Notes under the pieces: model-generated
What the model was told of the DNA's origin: nothing
What the model saw: only the letters and a program-made list of their open reading frames with translations
Databases searched by the model: none
Translations under genes and position numbers: made by a program
NCBI GenBank assembly: GCA_026415655.1
Contig: JAOAGR010000004.1
Span: 67,236 to 131,235 of the forward strand
Length of the DNA: 64,000 bases
Direction of reading: 5' to 3'
Source: Candidatus Dojkabacteria bacterium
Lineage (GTDB): Bacteria; Patescibacteriota; Dojkabacteria; JAOAGR01
Shown here: piece after piece, positions 1 through 9,149 of the stretch
How the letters are laid out: each line of letters opens with the position of its first letter
Numbering within the stretch: position 1 is the stretch's first letter

Positions 1-86
1 CTTTTTGATATTTCTTGTGAATCTAACCCACTATTGATGTCTACATCTAATTCTTTTATTACATCTGTTATTTCTTTATGGTGCAT
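1..86 (-). CDS. Partial CDS (N-terminal 28 aa; the rest lies off the left edge). P-type cation-transporting ATPase N-terminal domain: MHHKEITDVIKELDVDINSGLDSQEISK.
   Basis: Manual translation of the minus strand from the ATG at 86-84. The motif resembles the Cation_ATPase_N domain (..EV...L.....GLS..E...R) of P2-type ATPases. Confidence 0.45.
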   Translation of the reverse strand, partial: MHHKEITDVIKELDVDINSGLDSQEISK

Positions 87-296
87 CAATAATATTATTA
101 GATTATTGATGAGAATATACAAATTTATATTTAGAAAAATATAGTTTTCTTATTTAGTTTTATTGTCTAATATGAATAGAAAAAATCTAAATAAATAATA
201 TACAAAAACAATACTTACCTTGCTGAATGTAATTAAATGCAGTCAGAATTAGATGGATATTTATGCGAAATAATAAGCTCTTATAAAATAAATAAT

Positions 297-641
297 TTAA
301 AATATGTCGAAATCAAATATATCATCTAAAAATCCGTCTTTTTTCTTTTGGTGGGGTGGATGATTGTGGGGGTATTGTTGATTGCCTTGATAGTTTTGTC
401 GATAAGATTCATGATCGTCGTCATCGTCATTGTAATAGTGATGGTTTTGAGATGTTGGAGATGAAGAGAATGGTACGTTATTATTCATTCTGATACCATT
501 TATTTCATCTCTGTAAGCTTGTAAAATCTTTTCTATTTCACCCTTATCTAAGACCACAGTCCCACAATTTGGACAATAATCTATTATGATATCGTATTTT
601 TCTACCTGTCTTAGATCACTTCCGCATTTTGGACATTTCAT
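297..641 (-). CDS. Zinc-ribbon protein (zf-TFIIB-like, CPKCG...CPNCG) with an Asp/His/Gln-rich low-complexity C-terminal tail.
   Basis: Two CxxC pairs in the first 30 aa (MKCPKCGSDLRQVEKYDIIIDYCPNCGTVVLDKGEIEKIL). The tail includes DDDDDHESYRQ...HNHPPHQ. Confidence 0.6.
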   Translation of the reverse strand: MKCPKCGSDLRQVEKYDIIIDYCPNCGTVVLDKGEIEKILQAYRDEINGIRMNNNVPFSSSPTSQNHHYYNDDDDDHESYRQNYQGNQQYPHNHPPHQKKKDGFLDDIFDFDIF

Positions 642-676
642 AACTGAATATTTAGTATTATGATGTTACAGTATTC

Positions 677-949
677 CTAACGATAAGTAGCAGAGTTTAT
701 TTTATCTTCTGACATTGCTGGCGGTTTTGGGCCATCAGATTGTTCAAAATCTGAGCTAAATATATGTTTTTTTACATTTGGATCATTTGTATCGGGACCT
801 AATACACCTGTCTCTGTGTATATCATATTGCCGGTTTTATGATCACTGTGAAAAAATAAAAAATATACAACAACTCCAATTATTATAAGAAGTAGCCCAA
901 TAATTATCCCAATTAAATATCTTGGATTTATATTTTGTAAACTTGACAT
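677..949 (-). CDS. Small single-pass membrane protein, hypothetical.
   Basis: 90-aa ORF with a hydrophobic N-terminal segment (LIGIIIGLLLIIIGVVVYFLFF). Directly downstream of the 693-aa gene on the same strand. Confidence 0.45.
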   Translation of the reverse strand: MSSLQNINPRYLIGIIIGLLLIIIGVVVYFLFFHSDHKTGNMIYTETGVLGPDTNDPNVKKHIFSSDFEQSDGPKPPAMSEDKINSATYR

Positions 950-954
950 ATCTT

Positions 955-3036
955 TTAATGATTCAGGTTAAATAATTTATAATACCATTGCACCCAGGAT
1001 GGTCTACCTGGTGGTGTCAGATCATGATTAACTTTTTCACAGAAATCACATGATTCATGATTATATCCAGCAAGACCCAAATTTGGGTTTGTATTTAATG
1101 TAAGATTACTATATTCAATTGGTATACAATCAAGGCTAGCAGTAGTGCAATTTGGATTAATGTCACCAAATCTTGTTATATACCTCTGTCCCAGTGGTAA
1201 GTTTACCCTATTCCCATTGACATATCCATCAACAAAATAACTATTAACAGGCAATATATAAGCGATGCGAATTGTAAATACAGATTGGGTCCAGGGACAA
1301 TTATTTTGTTCTGGTGTGCAATATGCATGCATCCTAAGAACACCACTTCCCGGTGATGTCTCAGTAACATTACCAATAGGATTGTATACCAAAAACTGGT
1401 ATCTGAAATCACTAGCCCCATGTGCCCACCATTCGGATGGCGCTCTATTACCTACTAGAGATGGACCGCGATTTATTTCTGTAGCATTTAATGGTTTGTG
1501 ACATCTAAACTCATCTATCAAGTCGGGATCATAAAATGGATAGTATTGGTTATCTGCATTAAGTCTTATTAATCCGATGTTTTCTTGCCTTGATTCCCAG
1601 CAGTCTGTATTTGATGGAGGAGTTATAAGATTACCATGGTCCAGCCAACCACCAGTACGGATTATTCCACAAGTTTCAGGTCTATTTTTGTCTTGACATA
1701 CTCTAAATTCACCATAACCAGAATGAAATCTTGTTGCAGCACCAAAAGCATGCATCTCTAGGTTGTGTATTTGTACCCTAAAGTCAGTTACACAATATCC
1801 ATTGTTGCATGGTTGATCACGTCTTACTATCCAGACATATCCTTCGTGTTTTATATCATTTTCCATTCTTTTTTCTCTTATGTATTGTTCGTTACTTTCA
1901 GTCATTGTTCTTGCTGGAAATGTTTGCCATGGATGAGATATACCTTGACCGGGTCGACCAAACCATGTACCAGGTTCTCCAAATATATCGTTTACATATG
2001 TTGGATCATCACCATGAAAATGATCATAATGACATTTTGCGATTGGATTTACTAAGCTATGCCATTTTGTAGGATCATGTTCATCTTCTCTACAGGGTCT
2101 ATCATATTCGCCTAGTAGTGCCCTTCGTCTTAGTTCATTTAAAATATCTAATCTGATACCCACTTCAGGATTATTATTTCTACCTGGTCCAAAGCCACCG
2201 CTTGGGGTTAAGTTAATATTTATATTACTTGATGTATCTGTCGGTGTGGGTGTATTAGTATTAGTGCTTGTTGGAGTAAATGTTGGACTGGATGTGGGAG
2301 TATTGGTAAAAGATGGAGATGGGGATCTTGTTGGGTTTGGTGTAGATGTATTTGTTGGTGATAAAGTGGGTGTCGGTGAGGAGACATTTGAATTCGAAAA
2401 AATTTCTATATAAGGTGCATTTTCTAATTTTGTTGCAGGGTATTTTCGAGCGAATGGAGAGTCAGAACTACCTTTAATAATTATACTTAGTTTATTAGTA
2501 CTACCATATTTTGATAGATACTCGCGCACAACATTTGTAATCTCATATTTGTACGTTTTTCTTCTCTCCCATTTTATATCTTCCTCTACGCTAACAAACG
2601 ATGTTGTTAGCTTTCGAGTAGATGGTTTTGTGTTTTGATTATTAATATCGTATTGTGTAAAGTCTCTACTGTCTTCAAGATAAATATCAAATTTTGTATA
2701 AATCCATTCCTCTCTCTCTGCAAAAAATACTAAAAATGCCTTGTTTACATTATTCTGATTGATTAGATTATCAGAATATGTAATTAGTCCGAGATATGAG
2801 TTTTCTAAATTTTGTCCTGTACCAACCCATAATTCCCTATCAAAAATATTAAAATATTCGCCATCTTCATTAGAGATGTCATTATTAGATCTTGGCTTAA
2901 AAGATATGTTTGATGGACCAGTTGCAGTGGATTGAGCTACAGATATAGACATGTTCGGCCGAAACTGCGCAATCGTTATAGCGATTGTCAAAATTGTGAA
3001 TATTTTGAGAAAAGAAATAATATTATTTTTTAACAT
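955..3036 (-). CDS. Secreted or anchored 693-aa protein. It has an N-terminal signal/anchor, an N-terminal domain, a Pro/Thr/Ser-rich linker and a C-terminal roughly 400-aa Cys/His/Trp-rich domain of unknown function.
   Basis: Long ORF in about 25% GC DNA. Linker TPTPTLSPTNTSTPNPTRSPSPSFTNTPTSSPTFTPTSTNTNTPTPTDTSS. About 20 Cys after the linker, plus HYDHFHGDDP. Confidence 0.7.
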   Translation of the reverse strand: MLKNNIISFLKIFTILTIAITIAQFRPNMSISVAQSTATGPSNISFKPRSNNDISNEDGEYFNIFDRELWVGTGQNLENSYLGLITYSDNLINQNNVNKAFLVFFAEREEWIYTKFDIYLEDSRDFTQYDINNQNTKPSTRKLTTSFVSVEEDIKWERRKTYKYEITNVVREYLSKYGSTNKLSIIIKGSSDSPFARKYPATKLENAPYIEIFSNSNVSSPTPTLSPTNTSTPNPTRSPSPSFTNTPTSSPTFTPTSTNTNTPTPTDTSSNININLTPSGGFGPGRNNNPEVGIRLDILNELRRRALLGEYDRPCREDEHDPTKWHSLVNPIAKCHYDHFHGDDPTYVNDIFGEPGTWFGRPGQGISHPWQTFPARTMTESNEQYIREKRMENDIKHEGYVWIVRRDQPCNNGYCVTDFRVQIHNLEMHAFGAATRFHSGYGEFRVCQDKNRPETCGIIRTGGWLDHGNLITPPSNTDCWESRQENIGLIRLNADNQYYPFYDPDLIDEFRCHKPLNATEINRGPSLVGNRAPSEWWAHGASDFRYQFLVYNPIGNVTETSPGSGVLRMHAYCTPEQNNCPWTQSVFTIRIAYILPVNSYFVDGYVNGNRVNLPLGQRYITRFGDINPNCTTASLDCIPIEYSNLTLNTNPNLGLAGYNHESCDFCEKVNHDLTPPGRPSWVQWYYKLFNLNH

Positions 3037-3111
3037 AATTCATTTAACATTATATTTTTCAGATTTAATTTTATTTGTCAATGGTTTATTTTTTCATATA
3101 TACTTAACAAC

Positions 3112-3510
3112 ATGTTTAAATATTTATTTTTACTACTAAATATTATTTGTGTTGCGATATATTCTTATCATTTTTATCAAGTATCTAACTTAGAATTTTT
3201 TGGTTTATTTTCTGCTTTTTGGTATTTGATTATTCTTTGCTTTAATTTGATAGTTTATGTTGCTTTAGCTAATAACAAATTTAATAAGTCAGAATATTTT
3301 CTATATTATTTTATTGTTTTAATTTTTGTACAATTATTATTCTATCGAACAGTTGATATTTTAATATTTTATATGCTCTTGTTTTCTTGTGGATTAGGGG
3401 GTTTAATAACTCTTAGTATTAAAAAAGTAAGGCAAATAAATATTCTACCTTATGGGTTGATAATCATTTTATCTATGAACTATTATTTATTTATCTACTT
3501 AACTTATTAA
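3112..3510 (+). CDS. Hypothetical polytopic membrane protein in the very AT-rich block.
   Basis: 132-aa ORF, I/L/F/Y-rich. A long open frame is unlikely by chance in about 18% GC DNA, where stop codons are frequent. Confidence 0.35.
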   Translation: MFKYLFLLLNIICVAIYSYHFYQVSNLEFFGLFSAFWYLIILCFNLIVYVALANNKFNKSEYFLYYFIVLIFVQLLFYRTVDILIFYMLLFSCGLGGLITLSIKKVRQINILPYGLIIILSMNYYLFIYLTY

Positions 3511-3527
3511 ATTGGTCTAATCCCGAA

Positions 3528-4034
3528 TTGTCTTTTCTAATATATTCATATGATTTTTATATTGCAATATCGGTTATTGTATTAATTATCATAATGTTTT
3601 ACTCAATTATTAATAAGAGGTACTATTTAATTTACAAGCCATTTATTTTGATTATAGTTTTTGTTTTTACGACATATATTATTAATAACGTTGGAACAAG
3701 AACCTATACTTTTATTGATTTGTCACCATTAGTATTTATTTTTCAGTTTTTTGTTACTTTTTTAATTTATCTTATTTCTTTTGTCTATACGGAATTTTGT
3801 ACTAACATGAATGTAGATAGATATTTAGTTAAATTTACTGAGAATTTATTCTTTACTATATATGTATTATTTTCATTTTATTTTGTTAGAGAGGATAATT
3901 TTCTTATTGATTTATTCTATATGCCCATAACGAAAATTGACTCTATTATATTTTATATTGGACTAATAATACTTATTTTGGTTGTTTGTTTTATTGTTGT
4001 AAAGAATTTTTTCAATTTAAAGAATGTTAATTAG
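3528..4034 (+). CDS. Hypothetical polytopic membrane protein in the very AT-rich block.
   Basis: 168-aa ORF with multiple hydrophobic segments. Confidence 0.4.
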   Translation: MSFLIYSYDFYIAISVIVLIIIMFYSIINKRYYLIYKPFILIIVFVFTTYIINNVGTRTYTFIDLSPLVFIFQFFVTFLIYLISFVYTEFCTNMNVDRYLVKFTENLFFTIYVLFSFYFVREDNFLIDLFYMPITKIDSIIFYIGLIILILVVCFIVVKNFFNLKNVN

Positions 4035-4372
4035 AAATTGTTCTAATTTAATTTTTATTTTAAAAGTCTTGTGATACATTATAAAGATTTTATGCTGTTG
4101 TTAAATTAACTCTTTATATATATTTTGTAAAAGAGATAGTTTTTTTATTGATTTACCCTACACTTATATATATGATTGATTCATTCATAGTTTATATGTT
4201 GTTAATATTTTTGTTAGTTTTTTAAATTGTAGTAGAGGATTTTTTTATATATAAATAAAAAAGTATATATATGTACTAAATTTTTTATTGGGCAAATGAG
4301 TAAGTAAAATTTTTTTAAGTTATAATAAATTTCATAATTTGAAATTCATTATAGTATCATATATATTAAAGA

Positions 4373-5128
4373 GTGGGTCTTTTTAAGTTCTTATATTGGT
4401 TATTTTATATATTTCCGATTATTTTAGCTTTTATTTTCACTTGGCCAGTGTCTGATGGACAGTCTATCATTTTTCATTTTTATCCGATGAGCGGTATCAC
4501 AATTCTTCCTTTTTCATCTCTTGTTATTTGGATAAATCTTCTCTTATCTAAGATTCTTTATAATCTTAATGTTGAAAATTATAAAGATTATATAAAATAT
4601 TTTATCTTTTCACCCCTACTCACGAATATTTTTATCATTATTTTTCCTGTTTTGGGATTTGATAACAAAATCTGGTTAACAACGATTCTAATAAATTTAT
4701 TATTGATAGCTATTTTTAGCCTAATTTATATTTTGCTATATCTTCGTGGATTAAAACAATACATCGGCGGTACTTTATTCACAATTTATATTATGTTATT
4801 TGTATTTTTTTTCACATTTATATCTATGGACTACGTCATAGTTATTTTCTTCGAATGGAGTTACTTTATAGTTCTTTTAGTTTTAGTTTTTTATTTAGCC
4901 TATGTTATGGATAATAAGTTGCCTCTAGTGTTATTGATTTTATATATTATATTTTATTTATTATTGATTATAAGTTCGCTTGGTTCAAATTTTGATTATG
5001 AGTTGCTTAATTTTCCACGTAAGATCTTAGTTGGGATTTTGATTATTTTATATATTCAAACTATTCTTTTATGCAATATTAAAAATATGGTTATGATGAT
5101 AATTAATTATATAATTTCAGGTGCATAG
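4373..5128 (+). CDS. Hypothetical polytopic membrane protein, paralog A of the 5620..6546 product.
   Basis: 251 aa. Shares blocks with its neighbour: YKDYIKYFIFSPLLTN / YYDITRFFVFSVLLTN, TTILINLLLIAIFSLIYIL / TMIIINMLLISMFYICYIVL, and EWSYFIVLLVLVFYLA / EWILVITFSALIFFLA. Confidence 0.55.
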   Translation: MGLFKFLYWLFYIFPIILAFIFTWPVSDGQSIIFHFYPMSGITILPFSSLVIWINLLLSKILYNLNVENYKDYIKYFIFSPLLTNIFIIIFPVLGFDNKIWLTTILINLLLIAIFSLIYILLYLRGLKQYIGGTLFTIYIMLFVFFFTFISMDYVIVIFFEWSYFIVLLVLVFYLAYVMDNKLPLVLLILYIIFYLLLIISSLGSNFDYELLNFPRKILVGILIILYIQTILLCNIKNMVMMIINYIISGA

Positions 5129-5619
5129 TATATTATTTCTTTTTTGATTACTTCAATCTTAATTGCGTCAAAACCTGATCCTAATTTTATGATGGCAGTA
5201 GGAATGATGTTGGCACATTTATTTCCAGTACTGGTAATTATTTTTTAATATTTTTAGTGCATTTTAATCTTGTATATTGGTACTCTAAAAAGTAGATAAA
5301 AATAATGATTCAAGTCTATCATATATGATTTTAACTGTTCTGACAAGGAATACATATTTTGTTTAATAAATATTACTTAATAGATAATTTAGCTTTTATT
5401 ATTTAGATACTCTTCTATATTTTAGGATATGTTGCTTAAATTTCTGATCTCAAGTTAATAGTTAAAATATTAAAAAGTTTTTTGTTGTATTAATAATATC
5501 TATTTTGATTATTTGTTTTATTGTTATAAAACATATCTTAACTTTGAAAAATAGTTGATGGTACTAGAAAATGTCTATTAATTTCAAATTTAGATTAGAT
5601 TTGGTAACATAAATATGTT

Positions 5620-6546
5620 ATGAGGTTGTTAAAACTATATTACTTTTTGTTTCTTATATTTGTTTTGTTTTTGGGATTTGTTTCAAGTGATAATTTGGAG
5701 CTAATTCATAAAAATGAATATTTTATCTTTAACTTTCCTACTAATAACGTTTTTGTAACTTTAATTCCCATATTAAAATCTCTATTTGTAGTTAATCTTA
5801 TATCGTCCTTAATACTGTTTAAAAGATCTAAAGAAAAATATTATGATATAACGAGATTTTTTGTTTTTTCTGTATTATTGACTAATCCATTATTTCTGTT
5901 TACAAACCATAAGTATGTGCTGACTATGATAATAATTAATATGCTTTTAATATCCATGTTTTATATTTGTTATATTGTGTTAGATACACTACATATAGAT
6001 TATAAACTGGGTTTAATTATGTTTATCATATTTTTACTGTTACTAGTTTCTTCTTCCATATTGATTTTTATAGATTACAATTTAGTAAATCATTTAGAGT
6101 GGATATTGGTTATTACATTTAGTGCTTTAATTTTCTTTCTTGCGTTATTCACAAAAAATTATATAACTTTGTTATGTTTATCTGTAGGTCTATTGATCAA
6201 GATAATAAGTTATGTATTGTTGAATATTCAGAATTTATCTGTGGATAGGTTTTTTATACAATTTCCTGACTTTTATTTCTATGATATTGTTCTAATTTCA
6301 ATGATTGGTTTCTTTTTTACATTTAACCAATCTCAAGTAAAAGTGTTAAGATCAATTAATGATATTATTGCAGGTTTAGCATATTCTATTGTTGCTGCAG
6401 TAATTTCAGTATATTTTTTAGTCAGTTTAGACAGATCTCATGCGTTTGTTATTTTTATGTTACCAATATTATTTGTATTTGTGACAGTATTTGATTACTT
6501 TTTATTTTTATATTCTAGTGTCTTATATTTATTAGATGATAAATAA
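5620..6546 (+). CDS. Hypothetical polytopic membrane protein, paralog B of the 4373..5128 product.
   Basis: 308 aa. Collinear similarity to ORF 4373..5128 (see that entry). Confidence 0.55.
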   Translation: MRLLKLYYFLFLIFVLFLGFVSSDNLELIHKNEYFIFNFPTNNVFVTLIPILKSLFVVNLISSLILFKRSKEKYYDITRFFVFSVLLTNPLFLFTNHKYVLTMIIINMLLISMFYICYIVLDTLHIDYKLGLIMFIIFLLLLVSSSILIFIDYNLVNHLEWILVITFSALIFFLALFTKNYITLLCLSVGLLIKIISYVLLNIQNLSVDRFFIQFPDFYFYDIVLISMIGFFFTFNQSQVKVLRSINDIIAGLAYSIVAAVISVYFLVSLDRSHAFVIFMLPILFVFVTVFDYFLFLYSSVLYLLDDK

Positions 6547-7066
6547 TCATTATTTTGTTTGGCAATAAAATGATGAATATATTTTCAGACATTAATTGAA
6601 TATGAATATGCGAATATTAATGAATATAAAATCGTATTTGTATAATGATTTAGTTCTATTCTGATATTAGTACACTTTTAAATTATAAAAAAATAAAATT
6701 ACAAGTTTATTGACAATTAATAAAGTAAGAATTTATCATTGAACATTAATTTTTTCATTTTACTTTCGGAGTGGCATTTGGGTAGAATCCTTTATTCTGG
6801 AATGTTGTATACCATATCTTGAAGATTGACATTTATGAGAAGTATTCTCAATTATTTTATATTAGTAATTATTAGGTTAATAATTTTTATTTATACTTTA
6901 ATATTAATGATTCCTTTTATCCTGATAAAAACTTAAAACTAATTATAAAAATAAATTTTTACTCAAATAAGCGTTTTCAAAAGACTGAAAGAATATTATA
7001 AATATTTTATTTTACTTAAAAGAAATAATTATTATTTTTTAATTCTTTGCCGTAAGAGTTTAAAAA

Positions 7067-7110
7067 TGGAGCAGGGAAACCGGAATCGAACTGGTGCTTG
7101 TCCTTCTTAA
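7067..7110 (-). pseudogene. Orphan tRNA 3' half (T-arm plus acceptor 3' strand plus CCA). It has no 5' half, so it is a tRNA remnant or an att-site remnant.
   Basis: Minus-strand reading ...CACCAGTTCGATTCCGGTTTCCCTGCTCCA. Near-identical T-arm to the tRNA-Gly 520 bp away, but a different acceptor stem. No matching 5' acceptor (GCAGGGAA) was found. Confidence 0.4.
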
Positions 7111-7632
7111 CTATTTTTATTTTGATTCAAACTGAATAACTTGAAATCCATGTTTGTCTAATTGTTCTGAAAACCAAAAGTTAAGTCTTTGTTTTTGAGT
7201 ACGTAATTAACAGCAACTTCAATTTTTCTTCCTGTGTATGTTTTTATCGTTATTCCATTCTTCCAAAATCAAGGCGTCAGCATCGTTTATTTCAAAATTA
7301 GCAAGATGCAGTTCAAGTTTTTTATGTCGGACATCATTTTCTCAAAATATCCTGACCATCCTTTTTGAGAACTGACTCCATATTTAGGCTATATTTAGAT
7401 GATTAGATTATTTGTGCTTAATAGTCTATTTATAATTTTTAATTTTCATTATAGTTTGCAGGAAGCTACCTAATTCATCTCGTGAGCAGTATTGATTTGC
7501 ATATAACAAAATGTTACTGCACTGTCATGTTTTTTATTTTTTATCAGAGATAATTGTTTAAATCTTATCGTATTTCTAAGTTAGGATATAGCCATTCCCA
7601 AAATGATCATACAACCTCAAAAACTTTTATTG

Positions 7633-7706
7633 TGGAGCGGGTAACCGGAATCGAACCGGTGACTTATCCTTGGGAAGGACACGTTTTACCCCTAAACTAT
7701 ACCCGC
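7633..7706 (-). tRNA. tRNA-Gly, anticodon CCC, CCA encoded.
   Basis: Manual fold: GCGGGTA-TA-GTTT-AGGGGTA-AAAC-G-TGTCC-TTCCCAA-GGATA-AGTC-ACCGG-TTCGATT-CCGGT-TACCCGC-T-CCA. All stems pair, and the total is 74 nt. Confidence 0.85.
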
Positions 7707-7820
7707 TTATTATCTTAAATTATAACAGATACAAATTACTGTGCATTCCAAATATTGTGAGCTAGACAAATTAGATTACTTAATCATTGTTTATATTTAG
7801 CAGAATAAATACTCCATAAT

Positions 7821-9056
7821 CTATATAAGGGTAAACATACCGTCCTTATAAATTATCCTTTCACTGCCATCTTTGAGTGTCGCTGTTACTGTACGATTTG
7901 ATGTACTAATTATATCTGTATGTATTGCAGATTCATTGAATCCCATGTTATTTATGAGTTCTTCATCACTGAATTTTTCTTGATCTTTTATTGCATCTCT
8001 ATAAGCCTGACCGAGTGCTATATGAGTATTTCCATATTCACCACCGAAATTTTCATCAAATAAAGTATTTGCCATTATTCGATCTATACGGGAGAACCTT
8101 TTGTCTGTTAAGCTGAACTCGCCTACTCGTCTAGCGCCTTCATCTGTATTTAACATTGCTTCTAATGCATGTTTATTTGTTTCAGCATCAAAATCTATGA
8201 CTTTTCCATCCTCAAAAACTAATTTTATACCTTTAATAATAAATCCATCTCTGTAGAGTGGTTGATTAAATCTGATCCAACCATTTGTATATCTAGCATC
8301 AGGTGATGTAAATATTTCAAAACTAGGTAAATTTCGACCACTTCCTCCGACGAATTGTCTGTTTTCACCTAATACTATTTCCAAATCAACATCATCGGCT
8401 TTTATATGTAATTTTTCTATATTAAATGAATTAATAGTACTTGTTATTTGATGAATTTTGCTGAATGTATCTTTATGCTTTGTAATTGGGTCGTCCTCGT
8501 CAAGATAACAGGCTTTTATGACTTGATCCCAATATTCTTCTAGAGTCATACCAGCTGCTTCTGCCATAGCTGGAGTTGGATAATCTGTAAGAACCCATGT
8601 TAGTTTGCCAGCATATTCTTTGGCATTACGCATTTCCATGTATTTTCTCCAGACTTTGGTTCTTTGTGCAAGTTTTTTTGGATCTATGTCGGCATAATAA
8701 TTGTGATCATGGGTAGATAAAAGAAGTACTACATGATCTATAGTATCAATTCTTGCCTGTATATATTTTTCAGGAAAAAAGTTAAGTTGCTCTTCGTTTG
8801 CTAGTTCGTAAAAAAGTGCAGTCTCATCCCTGTCTCTTTGTAATTCTGCTGGTAGATAACACAAAATCATATGCCCCCCAGATCGTAATATTGCTTCTTG
8901 AATGGGTAATAACATAGGTTTAGCATATTCATTCATCATGACGTAAACTACTTCGCCAGGTTTTATTCCTTCGCCAGAATTAAGGCAAAAATTTATTAGG
9001 GTATTTGCGAAATTTTTTAATATTTTTTCACTTGGAGTATATAGATTTGAAAACAT
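7821..9056 (-). CDS. M29-family aminopeptidase (AmpS/PepS/aminopeptidase T-like).
   Basis: Blocks match thermophilic aminopeptidase T: KLTWVLTDYPTPAMAEAAGMTL, MLNTDEGARRVGEFSLTD, and NTLFDENFGGEYGNTHIALG. Confidence 0.85.
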   Translation of the reverse strand: MFSNLYTPSEKILKNFANTLINFCLNSGEGIKPGEVVYVMMNEYAKPMLLPIQEAILRSGGHMILCYLPAELQRDRDETALFYELANEEQLNFFPEKYIQARIDTIDHVVLLLSTHDHNYYADIDPKKLAQRTKVWRKYMEMRNAKEYAGKLTWVLTDYPTPAMAEAAGMTLEEYWDQVIKACYLDEDDPITKHKDTFSKIHQITSTINSFNIEKLHIKADDVDLEIVLGENRQFVGGSGRNLPSFEIFTSPDARYTNGWIRFNQPLYRDGFIIKGIKLVFEDGKVIDFDAETNKHALEAMLNTDEGARRVGEFSLTDKRFSRIDRIMANTLFDENFGGEYGNTHIALGQAYRDAIKDQEKFSDEELINNMGFNESAIHTDIISTSNRTVTATLKDGSERIIYKDGMFTLI

Positions 9057-9100
9057 AATTTAATTATTCTATCAATTTTGTGGGATTAATCAATATAAGA

Positions 9101-9119
9101 ACATACTTGACAAGTATGT
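9101..9119. promoter_or_regulatory. Perfect 9-1-9 palindrome ACATACTTG-A-CAAGTATGT overlapping a TTGACA hexamer. It lies in the divergent intergenic region between the M29 aminopeptidase gene and the COG0523 gene, and is a candidate metalloregulator (Zur/Fur-family) operator.
   Basis: Read directly from the sequence. Its position upstream of a COG0523 zinc-chaperone-type gene fits known Zur regulon architecture. Confidence 0.4.
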
Positions 9120-9149
9120 TATGATGGAAAAAGATAATTTATTGTAGAT

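Noticed and set aside
1203-2072. Several 60-100-aa ORFs (1203..1421-, 1265..1501+, 1765..2055+, 1809..2072+) in the track.
   Set aside because: They lie entirely inside the 693-aa gene 955..3036, on the opposite strand or in alternative frames. Their composition is odd and they have no start-context support. I treat them as spurious shadow ORFs. Other embedded track ORFs are rejected likewise: 9158..9364-, 10745..10993-, 12503..12694-, 40315..40647, 50823..51436-, 52163..53021-, 53451..54113-, 55522..56586-.
2951-3139. 62-aa ORF spanning the start of the 693-aa gene and the intergenic region.
   Set aside because: It overlaps the start codon region of the 955..3036 gene on the other strand and then runs through AT-rich intergenic DNA. 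There is no supporting signal.
7067-7110. Calling the tRNA-like fragment a functional tRNA gene.
   Set aside because: Only the T-arm and the 3' acceptor strand are present. No complementary 5' acceptor or D-arm was found within 150 nt on the same strand.
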